Shown here one piece after another: positions 40,421 to 51,600 of a stretch of 64,000 nt of DNA. The number at the start of each line of letters is the position of its first letter. The first letter of the stretch is position 1. The notes beneath the pieces are model-generated. The model worked only from the letters and a program-made list of their open reading frames with translations, was not told where the DNA came from and searched no databases. Source of the stretch: Lama guanicoe (Eukaryota); NCBI GenBank assembly GCA_013239625.1, contig MU053934.1:9631352-9695351 (forward strand), read 5' to 3'. The position numbers and the translations under genes are program-made.

Positions 40421-40510
40421 CATATCGCGCCCCCCGTCTGACACGTGCGCGGCCACGCCCTGTCCGCTGCCCCGGCCCCCGGCCTCTCTCCGCGCCCCTC
40501 CGTTCGCTCT

Positions 40511-40637
40511 GGGCGCGGAGGTGGGCGGGGCGGCGCGGAAGAGGGCGGGGCGGCGCGGAGGAGGGCGGGGCGGCGCGGAGGAGGGCGGTGCGGCGCGGAG
40601 GAGGGCGGCGCGGAGGGGGGCGGGGCGGCGCGGAGGG
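40511..40637. repeat. GC-rich minisatellite, ~20-bp unit GAGGGCGGGGCGGCGCGGAG, ~6 copies
   Basis: Tandem units visible directly. Confidence 0.85.
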
Positions 40638-41039
40638 CTTCCGCCTAGCCTTCCGCCTCGCCTTCCGCCGCAGAGAGTCTTGGTGGACCCAGCTTTCGGG
40701 TTGGCGACGGCCGTCAGGGCCTTCGCGAGTCCCGGCTAGTTCAAGCGGACTGGGCTTGCTGTCCTGGCGGCTCGGAGGCTCTCAGCCTCTTTTTGGGGGT
40801 TTCCACCGGGCTCCTCAAAGTTGATGCCGCCGGTACACGGCGCAGAGAACTACCCCATCCTCCCTCAGCCCCACGTGGTTTAGCCCACCGCGCGCCTGCG
40901 ACCCAAATGCGGTGGTCTTGGTTCTCGTGCTCCGTGTTCCCCCTTAGGACGGGAGCCCGGGGGCCTGGGGCCAGGGCGCAGGCAGTGGCGACGGTGTCCC
41001 CGTAAGGCAGCCGACAAAATGGGTTCAAAACAGCCCTTT

Positions 41040-42132
41040 TGCTAGCGGATAGAGAGGCAACCCCCCCGGCCCCCTTAAATTATGGAGTCCACCAAAAGTG
41101 TGGGCTCTTGTCTGCTGGCTGAGAAGGAATTCTCAGAAGAGGCAGAGGGACAAAGTGAAAGGCTGCTTTATTGCTCAAAAAAAAAAAAAAAGAAAAANNN
41201 NNNNNNNNNNNNNNNNNNNNNNNNNNNNNNNNNNNNNNNNNNNNNNNNNNNNNNNNNNNNNNNNNNNNNNNNNNNNNNNNNNNNNNNNNNNNNNNNNNNN
41301 NNNNNNNNNNNNNNNNNNNNNNNNNNNNNNNNNNNNNNNNNNNNNNNNNNNNNNNNNNNNNNNNNNNNNNNNNNNNNNNNNNNNNNNNNNNNNNNNNNNN
41401 NNNNNNNNNNNNNNNNNNNNNNNNNNNNNNNNNNNNNNNNNNNNNNNNNNNNNNNNNNNNNNNNNNNNNNNNNNNNNNNNNNNNNNNNNNNNNNNNNNNN
41501 NNNNNNNNNNNNNNNNNNNNNNNNNNNNNNNNNNNNNNNNNNNNNNNNNNNNNNNNNNNNNNNNNNNNNNNNNNNNNNNNNNNNNNNNNNNNNNNNNNNN
41601 NNNNNNNNNNNNNNNNNNNNNNNNNNNNNNNNNNNNNNNNNNNNNNNNNNNNNNNNNNNNNAAAAAAAAAAAGAAAAGAAAAAACAAGAGTCGGGGAGCC
41701 ATAAGCCCAGGTGGCTTGACCAAGAACCCCCACTTTTGGGGTCTCGGCTGGGTCCTTTTATCCATCTTTTTTGTGGCTTATCTCCTTCCATTGGCTGCTC
41801 TTTTCCTACTTGTTTTCCAGTTTGTTCTGCTCTGTGGAACAGACACTCTGCAAATAACAAGATCAGGTAACTGGGGATCCTCAAAACAAGGTAGTTAAGC
41901 TAACACAGTGTGGTCAAGCTAGATCAAGCAAGACCCTTAAACAATGTGGTCATATAGACTAGATCTAGTCAGGGCTTTCTGTTCCTTCAGGGTGGCTTTT
42001 TCCATTAGCCAAGCAAAGGGTATTTCCTAAGGCCAAGTATAGGTTAATTTTAAACAGGTTAGTATTAAACCTTTAAAGAAGTCTCTAGACAGCAGGTCCT
42101 GGTTTCTATTCTCTGGCTCCTTCCCTCCCTCA
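41040..42132 (-). mobile_element. Solo ERV-type LTR (copy A), contains N-gap 41198-41661
   Basis: TG...CA ends; CCAAT, GATAAAA and AATAAA in order on -; colinear with 57409-58037; imperfect 4-bp TSD CTTT/CTGT. Confidence 0.75.
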
Positions 42133-42439
42133 CTGTTGCTTCCTGTGACCTTTAAAAACTGCATCCAGGGCTTGTCCCCGTGTTCCTGCAAAGCCTTAAA
42201 GTGGCTGGCGACGCCCATGGTCATCTGGGCCCACCATCCTTCAACCTCCAGATCCTCATCTTGAAGCACCAACCATGCCAGCTCCTAAAGTTTCCCCTGG
42301 ACCCTCCTAAGCTCCCCCTGCTCCGAGCCTCAGGTAATCTCTTCCCTCGACCTGTAATGGCTGTCCCACCCTACCCCCGGCCCCTCTACTCACGTGTATG
42401 CAGGGCACCGTCCTAGGGGTTAGGGGATGATTCTAAAGC

Positions 42440-45260
42440 CAGTAGCCCTGGAACTTTTCTCTTTGGGGAATTGAAAAAGAAGGGTTATAGGAAGTATCTC
42501 AGTAATGCTGGGAACAAAAACAACTCCTGGACTTGAGCAAGAGGCATTCCTGCCCTGAGCCTCAGGAGTTAGCAAGCACTTTGATTTTGCTAGTAGAACA
42601 TATGACCTCAACTATGCTTACAGCAATGACATTCTTTGAATCAATTCAAAGATGATATAATGGGGTTTGGGGGGGGTTTCTGGATCTGTCCAAAGATGGG
42701 CCATCTTGATGAAGCATTTCAAATCTGACCTATAACCACTCTCAAACACATGACTGGTAATCCCATGAATGTTGTCAAAATTAGACAATTTAGACAAGTT
42801 ACTAGATGCACTAGAAGAGTTAAGTGAAATATATTCAAAGAGTAAATCATGGTCTTCGGCAGAAAGTAAAGTTAATTTTGATTTGAGCTGTCCACAGTTA
42901 CTAAAATAAGAAAAAGCTTTCCAAAAATCCAAAAGAATTAAAAATATCTCTAAAGCTTTAGGAAAAAATTGGTTTCCCAAAAGAAACTACCTGTGAAATA
43001 AGGACTAAATAAAGAAAATGAAAAGCCACAGAATAGGATAAAATATTTGCAAAAGATACGATAAAGGACTGTTATCCAAAATATACAAAGAACTTTTAAA
43101 GCTTAACAGTGAGAACACAAACAACCCAATTATAAAGGGACCAAAGACCTTAACAGACACCTCACTAAAGAAGATACACAGTGGGGAGGGTAGAGCTCAG
43201 TGGTAGAGGGCAGGCTTAGCACGCACAAGGTCCTGGGTTCAATCCCCAGTACCTCCATTAAAATAAATAAATATATAAACTTAATTACCTCCCCCATAAA
43301 TAAATAAATATTTTAAAACATTAAAAAATAAACTTAAAAATAGAAGTTACACAGATGACAAATAAGCATATGAAAAGATGTTCCACATCCTATGTTATCA
43401 GGGAAATGGAAGTTACAACAACAATGAGATACCACTGTACACCTGTCAGAATGGCCAAAATCTGGAACACTGGCAACACCAAATGCTGGTGAGGCTGTGA
43501 AACACCAGGAACTCATTTATTGCTAGTGGGAGTGCAAACTGGTACAGCCACTTTGGAAGACAGTTTGGCACTTTCTTACATACTTTTACCATGTGACCTG
43601 GCAATTGCACCCCTTGGTATTTACCGAGAGAAGTTGAAAACTGACATCCATACAAAAACCTGCACACCGGTGTTTATTACAGCTTTACTCATATTCATAA
43701 TTGCCAAAACTTGGAAGCAACCAAGATGTCCTTCAGTAGGGCAATGGATAAATTGTGGTCCACCCGAACAATGGAATATTATTCAGCACTAAAAAGAAAT
43801 GAGCTAACAAGCCATGATAAGACATAGAGGAAATTTAAGTGCACATAACTAAATGAAAGAATCCAATAGGAAAAGGCTACATAAGTGTATGATTTCAGCT
43901 CTGTGACATTCTGGAAAAGACAGAACGATGGAGTCAGTAAAAGATCAGTGGTGGCCGGGGTTAGGTGGAGGGCGGGGTAAATGGTGGGGCACAGAGGGTT
44001 TTTAGGGCAGTGAAAACTCTGCAGATACTGCAATGGTGGGTACATGCCATTATACATTTATCCAAACCCACAGACTGTGTAACACTGAGTGAACCTAGTG
44101 TAAGTTATGGACAAGGAGTGATTATGACAGGTCAACGTAGGTTCGTCATTTATAACCAGTCTACCAGTCAGGGCATGTGAATAATGGGCAAGGCCATGCC
44201 ATGTGTGGGGGCAGAGGGATACGAAAAATCTCTGTACTTCCCCATCAATTTTGATGTGAGCCTAAAACTGCTCTAAAAAATAAAGTACATTTTAAAGAAA
44301 AGCACTGAAATGACATTCAAATACAACATGGAGAAATGAGAACTAGGAAACAATAACATCTGCTGAAGCCTGAAGGGTTTTCACGCACAAATAATCCTGA
44401 AACTGATCTCTGCAGAGACTGTTGTCTGGTCCCTGTGGATCAAGGCAAGGTCTCTGCTGGAGAGAGGTTTGAACAAAGTGAGCAACCTACTGCGGTGTTC
44501 AGTTTTCCTTATGGTATCTCAGCACTGGAAAACGTGAAAGGAGAAAAACCTGAGAAATACTGGATGGCCCTAGATGTGCTGTAAGGAATGGTGATAATAG
44601 TGAAATAATGATGACATTTATATGATGAAATGAAAATACAATATTTTTTGCAATAATGGTATTTTATATGCACCTTCCTTATAATGTTTACCCACGATAT
44701 CAAGATTCATGGTTCAATTCTAAATCTAAAGCATTAAGAATTTTATTGACAATTCCGCTTGCTACTCCCTCTGCAGAGCGTGGTTTCTCCCAACTGAAAT
44801 CATTAAAAAACTATCTACAAACAGTTATGATTCAGAAAAGTTTGTCTAACTTGGCACTATGGCCAATAAGACATATTTATGTGAAAATCCTTATTATTAT
44901 CAACACCATAATTTTTCTGAAATAAAGCAATAAAAATAAAAATTTTTTTAAAATATACACACAATAATTTACAGATTCAGTATGCTTTTTACTCATCCAA
45001 GGATCAGTGGCTCATCAACAGGACAGCCAGAGCTACACAGTGATTCAGTTATCATCGACATTTTGCCCATTTTCATCTGTATGAAAACCATAGCTTTACA
45101 TATAATTTTTTATTTTGTCCTTATGAAAGTGTATAAGTCCATATTTATGTAACATATTTTATTTAATGGTTTGTAAGCCTGTTTTATAACCTTTAAGTAT
45201 TTAGACATTTAGATATTTGTCACCCTGCCCCGGGCTCCCACAATGTTAGGGGTGGGTTTG
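42440..45260 (+). mobile_element. Fossil hAT (Tip100/Zaphod-like) transposon with transposase remnants, split by an L1
   Basis: SVQRWAIL...L*PLSNT* (decayed LKPLSxTRW) near 42685-42755; ALRILLTIPLATPSAERGFSQLKSLKNYL (hAT dimerisation domain) near 44730-44820. Confidence 0.7.
43010..44295 (+). mobile_element. Old L1 3' fragment with a SINE at ~43182-43340
   Basis: AAATATTTGCAAAAGATAC...TTGGAAGCAACCAAGATGTCCTTC...AAAACTGCTCTAAAAAATAAAG. Confidence 0.85.
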
Positions 45261-46283
45261 CCGGGGAATATAATTACCTATACGTTGTGGCATATTTATA
45301 CAATTTACAAAATGTTGTATAAATATGGTCTTAAAAGAATCCCTTATAAGCTTTTTCAAAGTCGCAGTACTAAACAAGTATTGTACATTGTGTATTTAAA
45401 GGGAAGACTGAGAAAGGAAATTTGGAAATCAAAAAATAAGGAATTGAATGCAGATTAGAATCTGAAGCAAAGCATTGCTAATAGCAACTAAAGAGGGGTA
45501 CCATGGAGGATTAATCCCTGACACACCTCATTTCCCTGTTAAATGCAATCTTATTCATCCCTGTCTCCATTTCTGCCGGTAAAAATTAAGGTCAAAAGGC
45601 AGGCATTTTGCTTTTAGTGCTAATGAAATCCCAGAAGCAGGCCTTAGTTTTTAAGTAAACTCTTAGAAATGTAACATACATCCAGAAAAGTACACATTTC
45701 CTAAACATTCAGCAAGATGGATCTCCGCATAAATGCAACAGAGACACCAGCGCCCAGATGAAGTCTCCCACACACAAGACACCGGCGGGGAGAGTCTGGT
45801 CCTCTGTGGGTTGCTGGTGGGAGGAAGCATTTAGTGACCAGATAGTGTTGCCAACGGGCAAAATGTCTTTCAAGTTGTATAGTTTTAAAGTAAATACCTA
45901 ACAATTTAATATACATACAGAAACAAGCCTTACAAATGCAAGTCTTCATAATTAAAGGGTTTGAGGTAGATGAAAGGCATGTAGCTACAGAGAGAGAGAT
46001 TGCTCTGTACATAAAACCTGTTCAACGACCCAGTTATTGAGGTGCTACTTTGAGAACAAATCCAAGAACACTTATCATGCTTTCCTGTGCAATGCAGACT
46101 TGGGAGGGTATTTATAACTGTTTCTAACTTGCTCTGGAATATACCTTCCCTATTTCTGGAAATGCGATGAGAACAAAGGACTCTTAAAAGACTCCTTCAG
46201 AAATTGTTGCCATGTCCTATGAAAATGACCTTCAAAAGAAACCTGAATTTTGATCTGTTTCACTTGTTACTTTGTCTTCCTGA

Positions 46284-46714
46284 TGTTAACCTAAAACAAT
46301 AAAACTGCCAGTTAGTCTTACCAGCAAAATGGGTTTATTTGGGAGCAGCAAAGAATTGCAATTTGGGACATCTGAGTCTGACAAAGCAAAGGAGAGGAAA
46401 CTTTTATAGAGGAGAAGGGGAAGTTGGGAGGAGCTGTTATAAATACAAAGTCCACTGGAGGAAAATGCAAGCAGAAAATACAGTGGCTTTTCAATGGCTG
46501 ACCTGTGACATCTCTCCCAGGCTGCACTGCTGCCAGGCAAGGAGAAAAATCTTCCTTCCTCCTGCTCGTGGCGGTAGTATTACTCCTACCCGAGATGCGA
46601 AGTCCATCTCTTCCTGCTGGGACGGGTGCTGACCTGAGTGGTATGTGCATGAGGGCGACCCCTTCTAGCCGCCTGACTTCATTTTAGTGAGGTTTCCCTT
46701 TATCGGTTTTGTCA
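46284..46714 (-). mobile_element. Solo LTR, 431 bp, ERV1-like
   Basis: TG...CA ends, perfect 4-bp TSD CTGA on both sides, TATAAAA and AATAAA on -. Confidence 0.75.
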
Positions 46715-47832
46715 CTGATAATGTTATCATTGGCATCTCTAAACTCTATAAATGCTTCATTGCTCCATCACGTTAGAAGGCCCTGGCACTCTTCCTACCC
46801 AATATGCAGGGGAAGAGTGTAGACTTCTCACGGTAACGAGAAGTTCAGCGTCTCGTCCGTCCTGGTCCTCATTCAGATGCCCTCCACACTCGTCCCTGGA
46901 CTGCCCACTTGGGCCGTTTATGACCCTGAACTCACAGCTCTGAGTCATGAGATGCTAAGCTGACCTGGGGGGCTTTCCTTCAGGGAAGGGAGGCCAACTA
47001 GAGTAACCCTGAGCCTCCCACAGGGAGAGGGCAGAGACCTTAGCCCACTCCTACATTTGGGGAGAACATCTGGGCGCCCCCACTCACAGAGTAGACAAGT
47101 CTGCCTTGCCTGCCCCAGTCTTTGCAGCCTTTCAGGAGAGGCCGGCCCCACACCACCTGCAACTGGGGCGGAACCCCAGCTGGCTTCCGTCACTAGAAAA
47201 GTCGTCATGTGGCCCCCATGTTTACTATTTTTCTCAACCTGTTCAGAAGTCAGGAGGTAAGGAGAGGTGCTAACTGTGAACGTGCACGTCAGTCAGAATC
47301 ACTGGGCCAGAACCAGGCAACTTCCCGCCAAAGGAGTCAGAAAATCCAGATAGGACCTTCTGACCCTAACTGTGAGTGGCCCTGGGGGAGTCACAGAACC
47401 TCCCCATTTTCTCACCTGGCGGAGAAGACCACTCCCCGCGTCCAATTCTGAGAACCCCCCTTGGGAGGAAACAATGGAACGCGTGCACACGTGTGTGTGT
47501 GAGTGTGTATATTTGCACGTGCATGTGTGTGCATGCCTGCCAAGGTGCGGCATGCAGTTGGCCATTCCAGTGCAGCTCAGGATTACAGGGACGCCAAGCA
47601 AGCCACACATGCCTGGGACACAGCTGCCGCCCACCTGTGCTGTCCCTCCACGTTGAGGGCAGGACCATCTGGGCAAATGACCTTCTTACAGAAATCACTG
47701 CACGTCTCATAGAAGAAATCTCACATTTAATTCTGATCAAGCTTAAAGTGGCATCTACATAAATGAACATGCTTCTGAGTGAAAATATAACAGATGCTAG
47801 CCCATTTTTCTTAAGCAATAAACCACGTTTTC

Positions 47833-47838
47833 TTTATT
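47833..47838 (-). terminator. Putative PKDREJ polyadenylation signal
   Basis: AATAAA on -, ~780 nt past the PKDREJ stop. Confidence 0.5.
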
Positions 47839-48620
47839 ATTCCTAAACAATCCACCGAAAGCCCAAATCCTGGATGTATATATTGCTATATTCATTATAC
47901 AGAACGTCTGCCATCTGTCAGTGTGAACCTCCCCACACACCTTCTTGTTTAACTCATGGCCAGAAAATGTTACTAAATTTTACATCTTTAACTTCCAGTG
48001 GCCTTAAGGAGTCCATGTGAAGCTTCAGGTTTCTGACGCTGGCTCACACCCTTGCATTCCCAAGCAAGAGGGCAAACCCTGCAACTCCTCGCAAGGCCAC
48101 TCCAGCCCTGGCCCAGCTGGAGCATGGGCGGTGGGGGTAAGGAGGGTGGGGGAGGCCCTGCAGCGCTGGTCTGCAAAGGGAACCAGCAGCAGGGCTGAGG
48201 GACCGGCGGTGGGGTGGGGGTGCTCTGCTCTTCCAGTCCCAGGAGAGGGGCACAGAGCAGCAGAAGCATTCTCCTGCTGCTTCAGGCGAGGAGGGGTGAA
48301 GAGGGGGGAATTCAGCTCCCTCCCCCAAATCAGGGTCTCTAACCCTCTAAACTACAGTGGGTTCCAAAGACACCTACTTCCCAGCTAGAGGAAAATCAAC
48401 CCAGGACTCACAGGCTGTCACCCTCTCTCCCTACAGGCTGCACTGCACTCCGACACCCTCCTTTCACGTTCCCCAAAGTGGAGGCCAAGAGAGGGGTCCT
48501 TCCAAATGTGCATTGTGAAGGATATGGGCAGAGAGCACGGCTGAGCCACTGAACGTTCCTTAATCCCCTAAGGAGAGCCCCTGGGAGAAACGTGTCTGCA
48601 GGCCTTGAGACCGTCATGGA

Positions 48621-51600
48621 TCACACGACCAGATAGACCATTTTCTTGCCATTGATGTTTCTGGTCTTCAGCCCCAGATAGCGGCGGCTGCTCTTCTCTG
48701 GCTGCCCGTACACCATGTTGATGAAGAACTCAGGTTCGTCTTCCTCCTTGGATCGAAGGGACAGAAAGCCGAACATGCTTCTTAGCTTGCGACACAGGTA
48801 GGTCATTGCTTCTGCCTCTTCTGATGGTTCCTCGTACACCGGCTGCTTCATTTCCTCGTAGGCAGACAGAATCACTGCCTGAAATAAGTTGATCAGTATG
48901 CAGATCATCACCAGCATGAAAGATGAGAGGAACAGGACGCCAAGAACCCTGTTACTGGAAAACTCTGTGTTCTGAAAAGCTGAAACGCAGTAGGAGAATA
49001 TCGTCTGCGCTGCGCGAATCATGTTACTGTAGTTCCATTCATGCTGACTGAATACCAGGTAGCCAAGCGCCATGTACACGAAGAAATAGGCGGACACCAC
49101 CAACGCCATGTGGCAGATGCCGTGAAGGGCAGCCTGGATGGCCCTCTGAGCCAGACGTACATCATAAAAGACCCGGGAATACCTGAGGGTCTTCAGAATT
49201 GTCAGAAATAACAGGAAACCCAACATCACCCTCATGATGTGATCCACTTGAGAAACTGCATGAAAGGGAATGAAATCCTTCGAGTTTGCCAAGTAAAACT
49301 GAATTATGCTGGTGGCCAGGAAGTGTTTCCTGAAAAAGAGCACAATCAACACGGTGAAGATGCATTTTAAAGCAAAGTTGAGCAAATTGTACACACTTGT
49401 CACGTAGGAGGCCCCTTCCTGCATAATGACGTACCCCTCGTCAACGATGTAGGCAGCAAAAAAGATAAGGATGGCCGCGTACAAGTAGATTTCCGCCGAA
49501 GTCTTCGGGTTGAAGTCAGCAAGGGAGAAGGAGTACACGGACAGGCTTGTGTTCACAACTCCTAACTGAGAGACCTCAAAGATGACAGAGACGCAGCAGA
49601 ACAGGCTGGCGTCTGGGTTGTAAGTTGTCAGCTCCAAAATCACAGCCCACGTCTTCTCATCCAGCCACTTGCTATTCTGGAGTTCCTTGAGCCTCAGTGT
49701 GGAATTAAACTGCTGCTCTTCGGGAAAAAAATAGAACACATACCCTCCTGACCCGTAAGTTTGCAGCAGCCCGTAGGAAGAGTACGCCCATCTCTTTTCT
49801 GGAGGCTTGTAAGTAAACCCTTTGGCATTCTTGTCCACGGCCCGCTTACCAACTCTATTCCAAGAGCCAGAGTAGCTTTTTGTGTCTTCTGGGTCGGTGC
49901 CGTATTCGGGGTGACAGCGAATCTCTCCTTGGAGGCTGCTCTGCGCGAAGTGTTTGGCAGGCAGGCAGGCTTTCTCTCCAGGCACCGCCCTCACCTGCCT
50001 CATCAGCGGCAGGCCGAGGATTTTAGAGGAGCTGTCAGGCAGAAACGTTGGATCCAGGTTGTTGTGGAGCAGAGGCAACAGCACGCTGTTCAGCCATGGG
50101 AAGATGCCTTCCAGCTTGGTCACCGTCGCCAGGTCCATGGAGAACTGATCGTGAATAAACTGGTTATAGTAAAAGCAGTCAGTGTGGCGCAGGAGGGCGA
50201 CAAGGCCCAGCAGGAGGGCCAGAAAGATGAAGTGAGCTAGAACGTAACTCAGGAAGAGGAACGCCCTTCTCTTGATCCTCTTCTTCCTTTGGAAGATCCT
50301 GATTTCGTCCTCTGTGAGCGGCTGGTACATCCGGGAGCCCCGGATTCGGCTGACGCGCTCATGCTGCCTGCGCATCTCCTCCGGGTCCGTCGTGATGCTC
50401 TGCAGCCTGATCTGGGTGTAGCGATAGTTACTGATCCAAGGAAGGTTTTTACAGTACTTGGGCTTATTTGTCCTCATGCCTGACAGGAGAATAATTTTCA
50501 GTGGTTGCACCAGAAAAACTGACTGAGTGAATGAACAAAACGATGCAAAGAGCCATTCTATTGACTTCTCGTAGCCGTATGTCAGTCCGTAAAATACAAT
50601 AAAGAAGGAGGACACACTACAAGTGGCAAACACCAAGAACCACGCAACGTGAACGCACCACCAAGGCAGAACCACCCGGGGCTTCTCTTCGAGGGCTGGA
50701 GGATCCGGTGGGGGAGGAGCCTTTTCAGGATGAGCGCTCTGGTTATCGTCAATGTTTGGGTTGTTGGCATTTTCATTTTTTCTGGAGGTGTCTGAGACCT
50801 TGCTGTCTGCTCTCTGAACCTGCTGCCGTGTTTTAGAGGTGGCCCGGGCAGGAGCCTTACGACGTCCAGGCTTTCTCTTTGGGGGAGGCTTTTTAGGCTT
50901 CCTGGACTGTGCCTTGGCAGTTTCGCGAGCATGCCACTTTTCCAGACGCTCTTCCCAGTGCCCACTTGCGGCTGATGACACAGGAGGCTTCTGGGGAGAC
51001 ACCTCGCTTAGAGGCACCTGAGGTTCCCTCTGGGAATAGACGAACAAAGATATGATGGTTACCTGCACGGGGATCGTAATTAGGACACTTTCCAGCCCTA
51101 TTATCATGGACCTGATGTACTTGCTGCTTTGGGGCTCGGGTTCTTTTTGTCTGTTCAGATTGAAGAACATAATATTGCAGAGCAGGGAGGAGAGCAACAT
51201 CGCTAAACAGCAGGACAGCCTCTGGAGCCTGCTGAACGGCTTAGCCACGACGCTGGAAAAAATGGAGAACCACAGGTGACTTCTCCCCAGGCTGTAACTT
51301 GCATCTATGAGGAAAAAGTCCTTTCTTCTAAGAGGCTTGTCTGGGTGGGTAGCGTGAAACGTTCTGTCCAAAGTGGTGTCTATCGAAAGCCATTTCCGGC
51401 ACATGAACAGCCAGATGTTCCTGCTGAACAGACTCTCCACTTTGATTCTACTGAGATACCAGCTCGGGGCTCTGCCTTCATTGTTGTGCCACACGTGGAT
51501 GGAATGGATGTCTCCCAGGTCATTCTGTGTCGTCAGGAGGAAAGTGTTGATGCTTCCACGGCAGAGGACTGTAAACTGTGGATGGCTTAAACAGTGCACC

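Larger units (their letters stand above)
40050..41020. promoter_or_regulatory. CpG island / CDPF1 promoter
   Basis: Very GC- and CpG-rich; GC boxes, GCCACGCCC (Sp/KLF), GCGCGTGCGC (NRF1-like). Confidence 0.85.

Noticed and set aside
40058..40824. Arg/Gly/Pro-rich ORFs in CpG islands (also 54718-55778 and 59531-60615)
   Set aside because: Stop-codon depletion in GC-rich DNA; no recognisable domains.
41080..41898. Long ORFs across the gap
   Set aside because: Artefacts of translating N runs.
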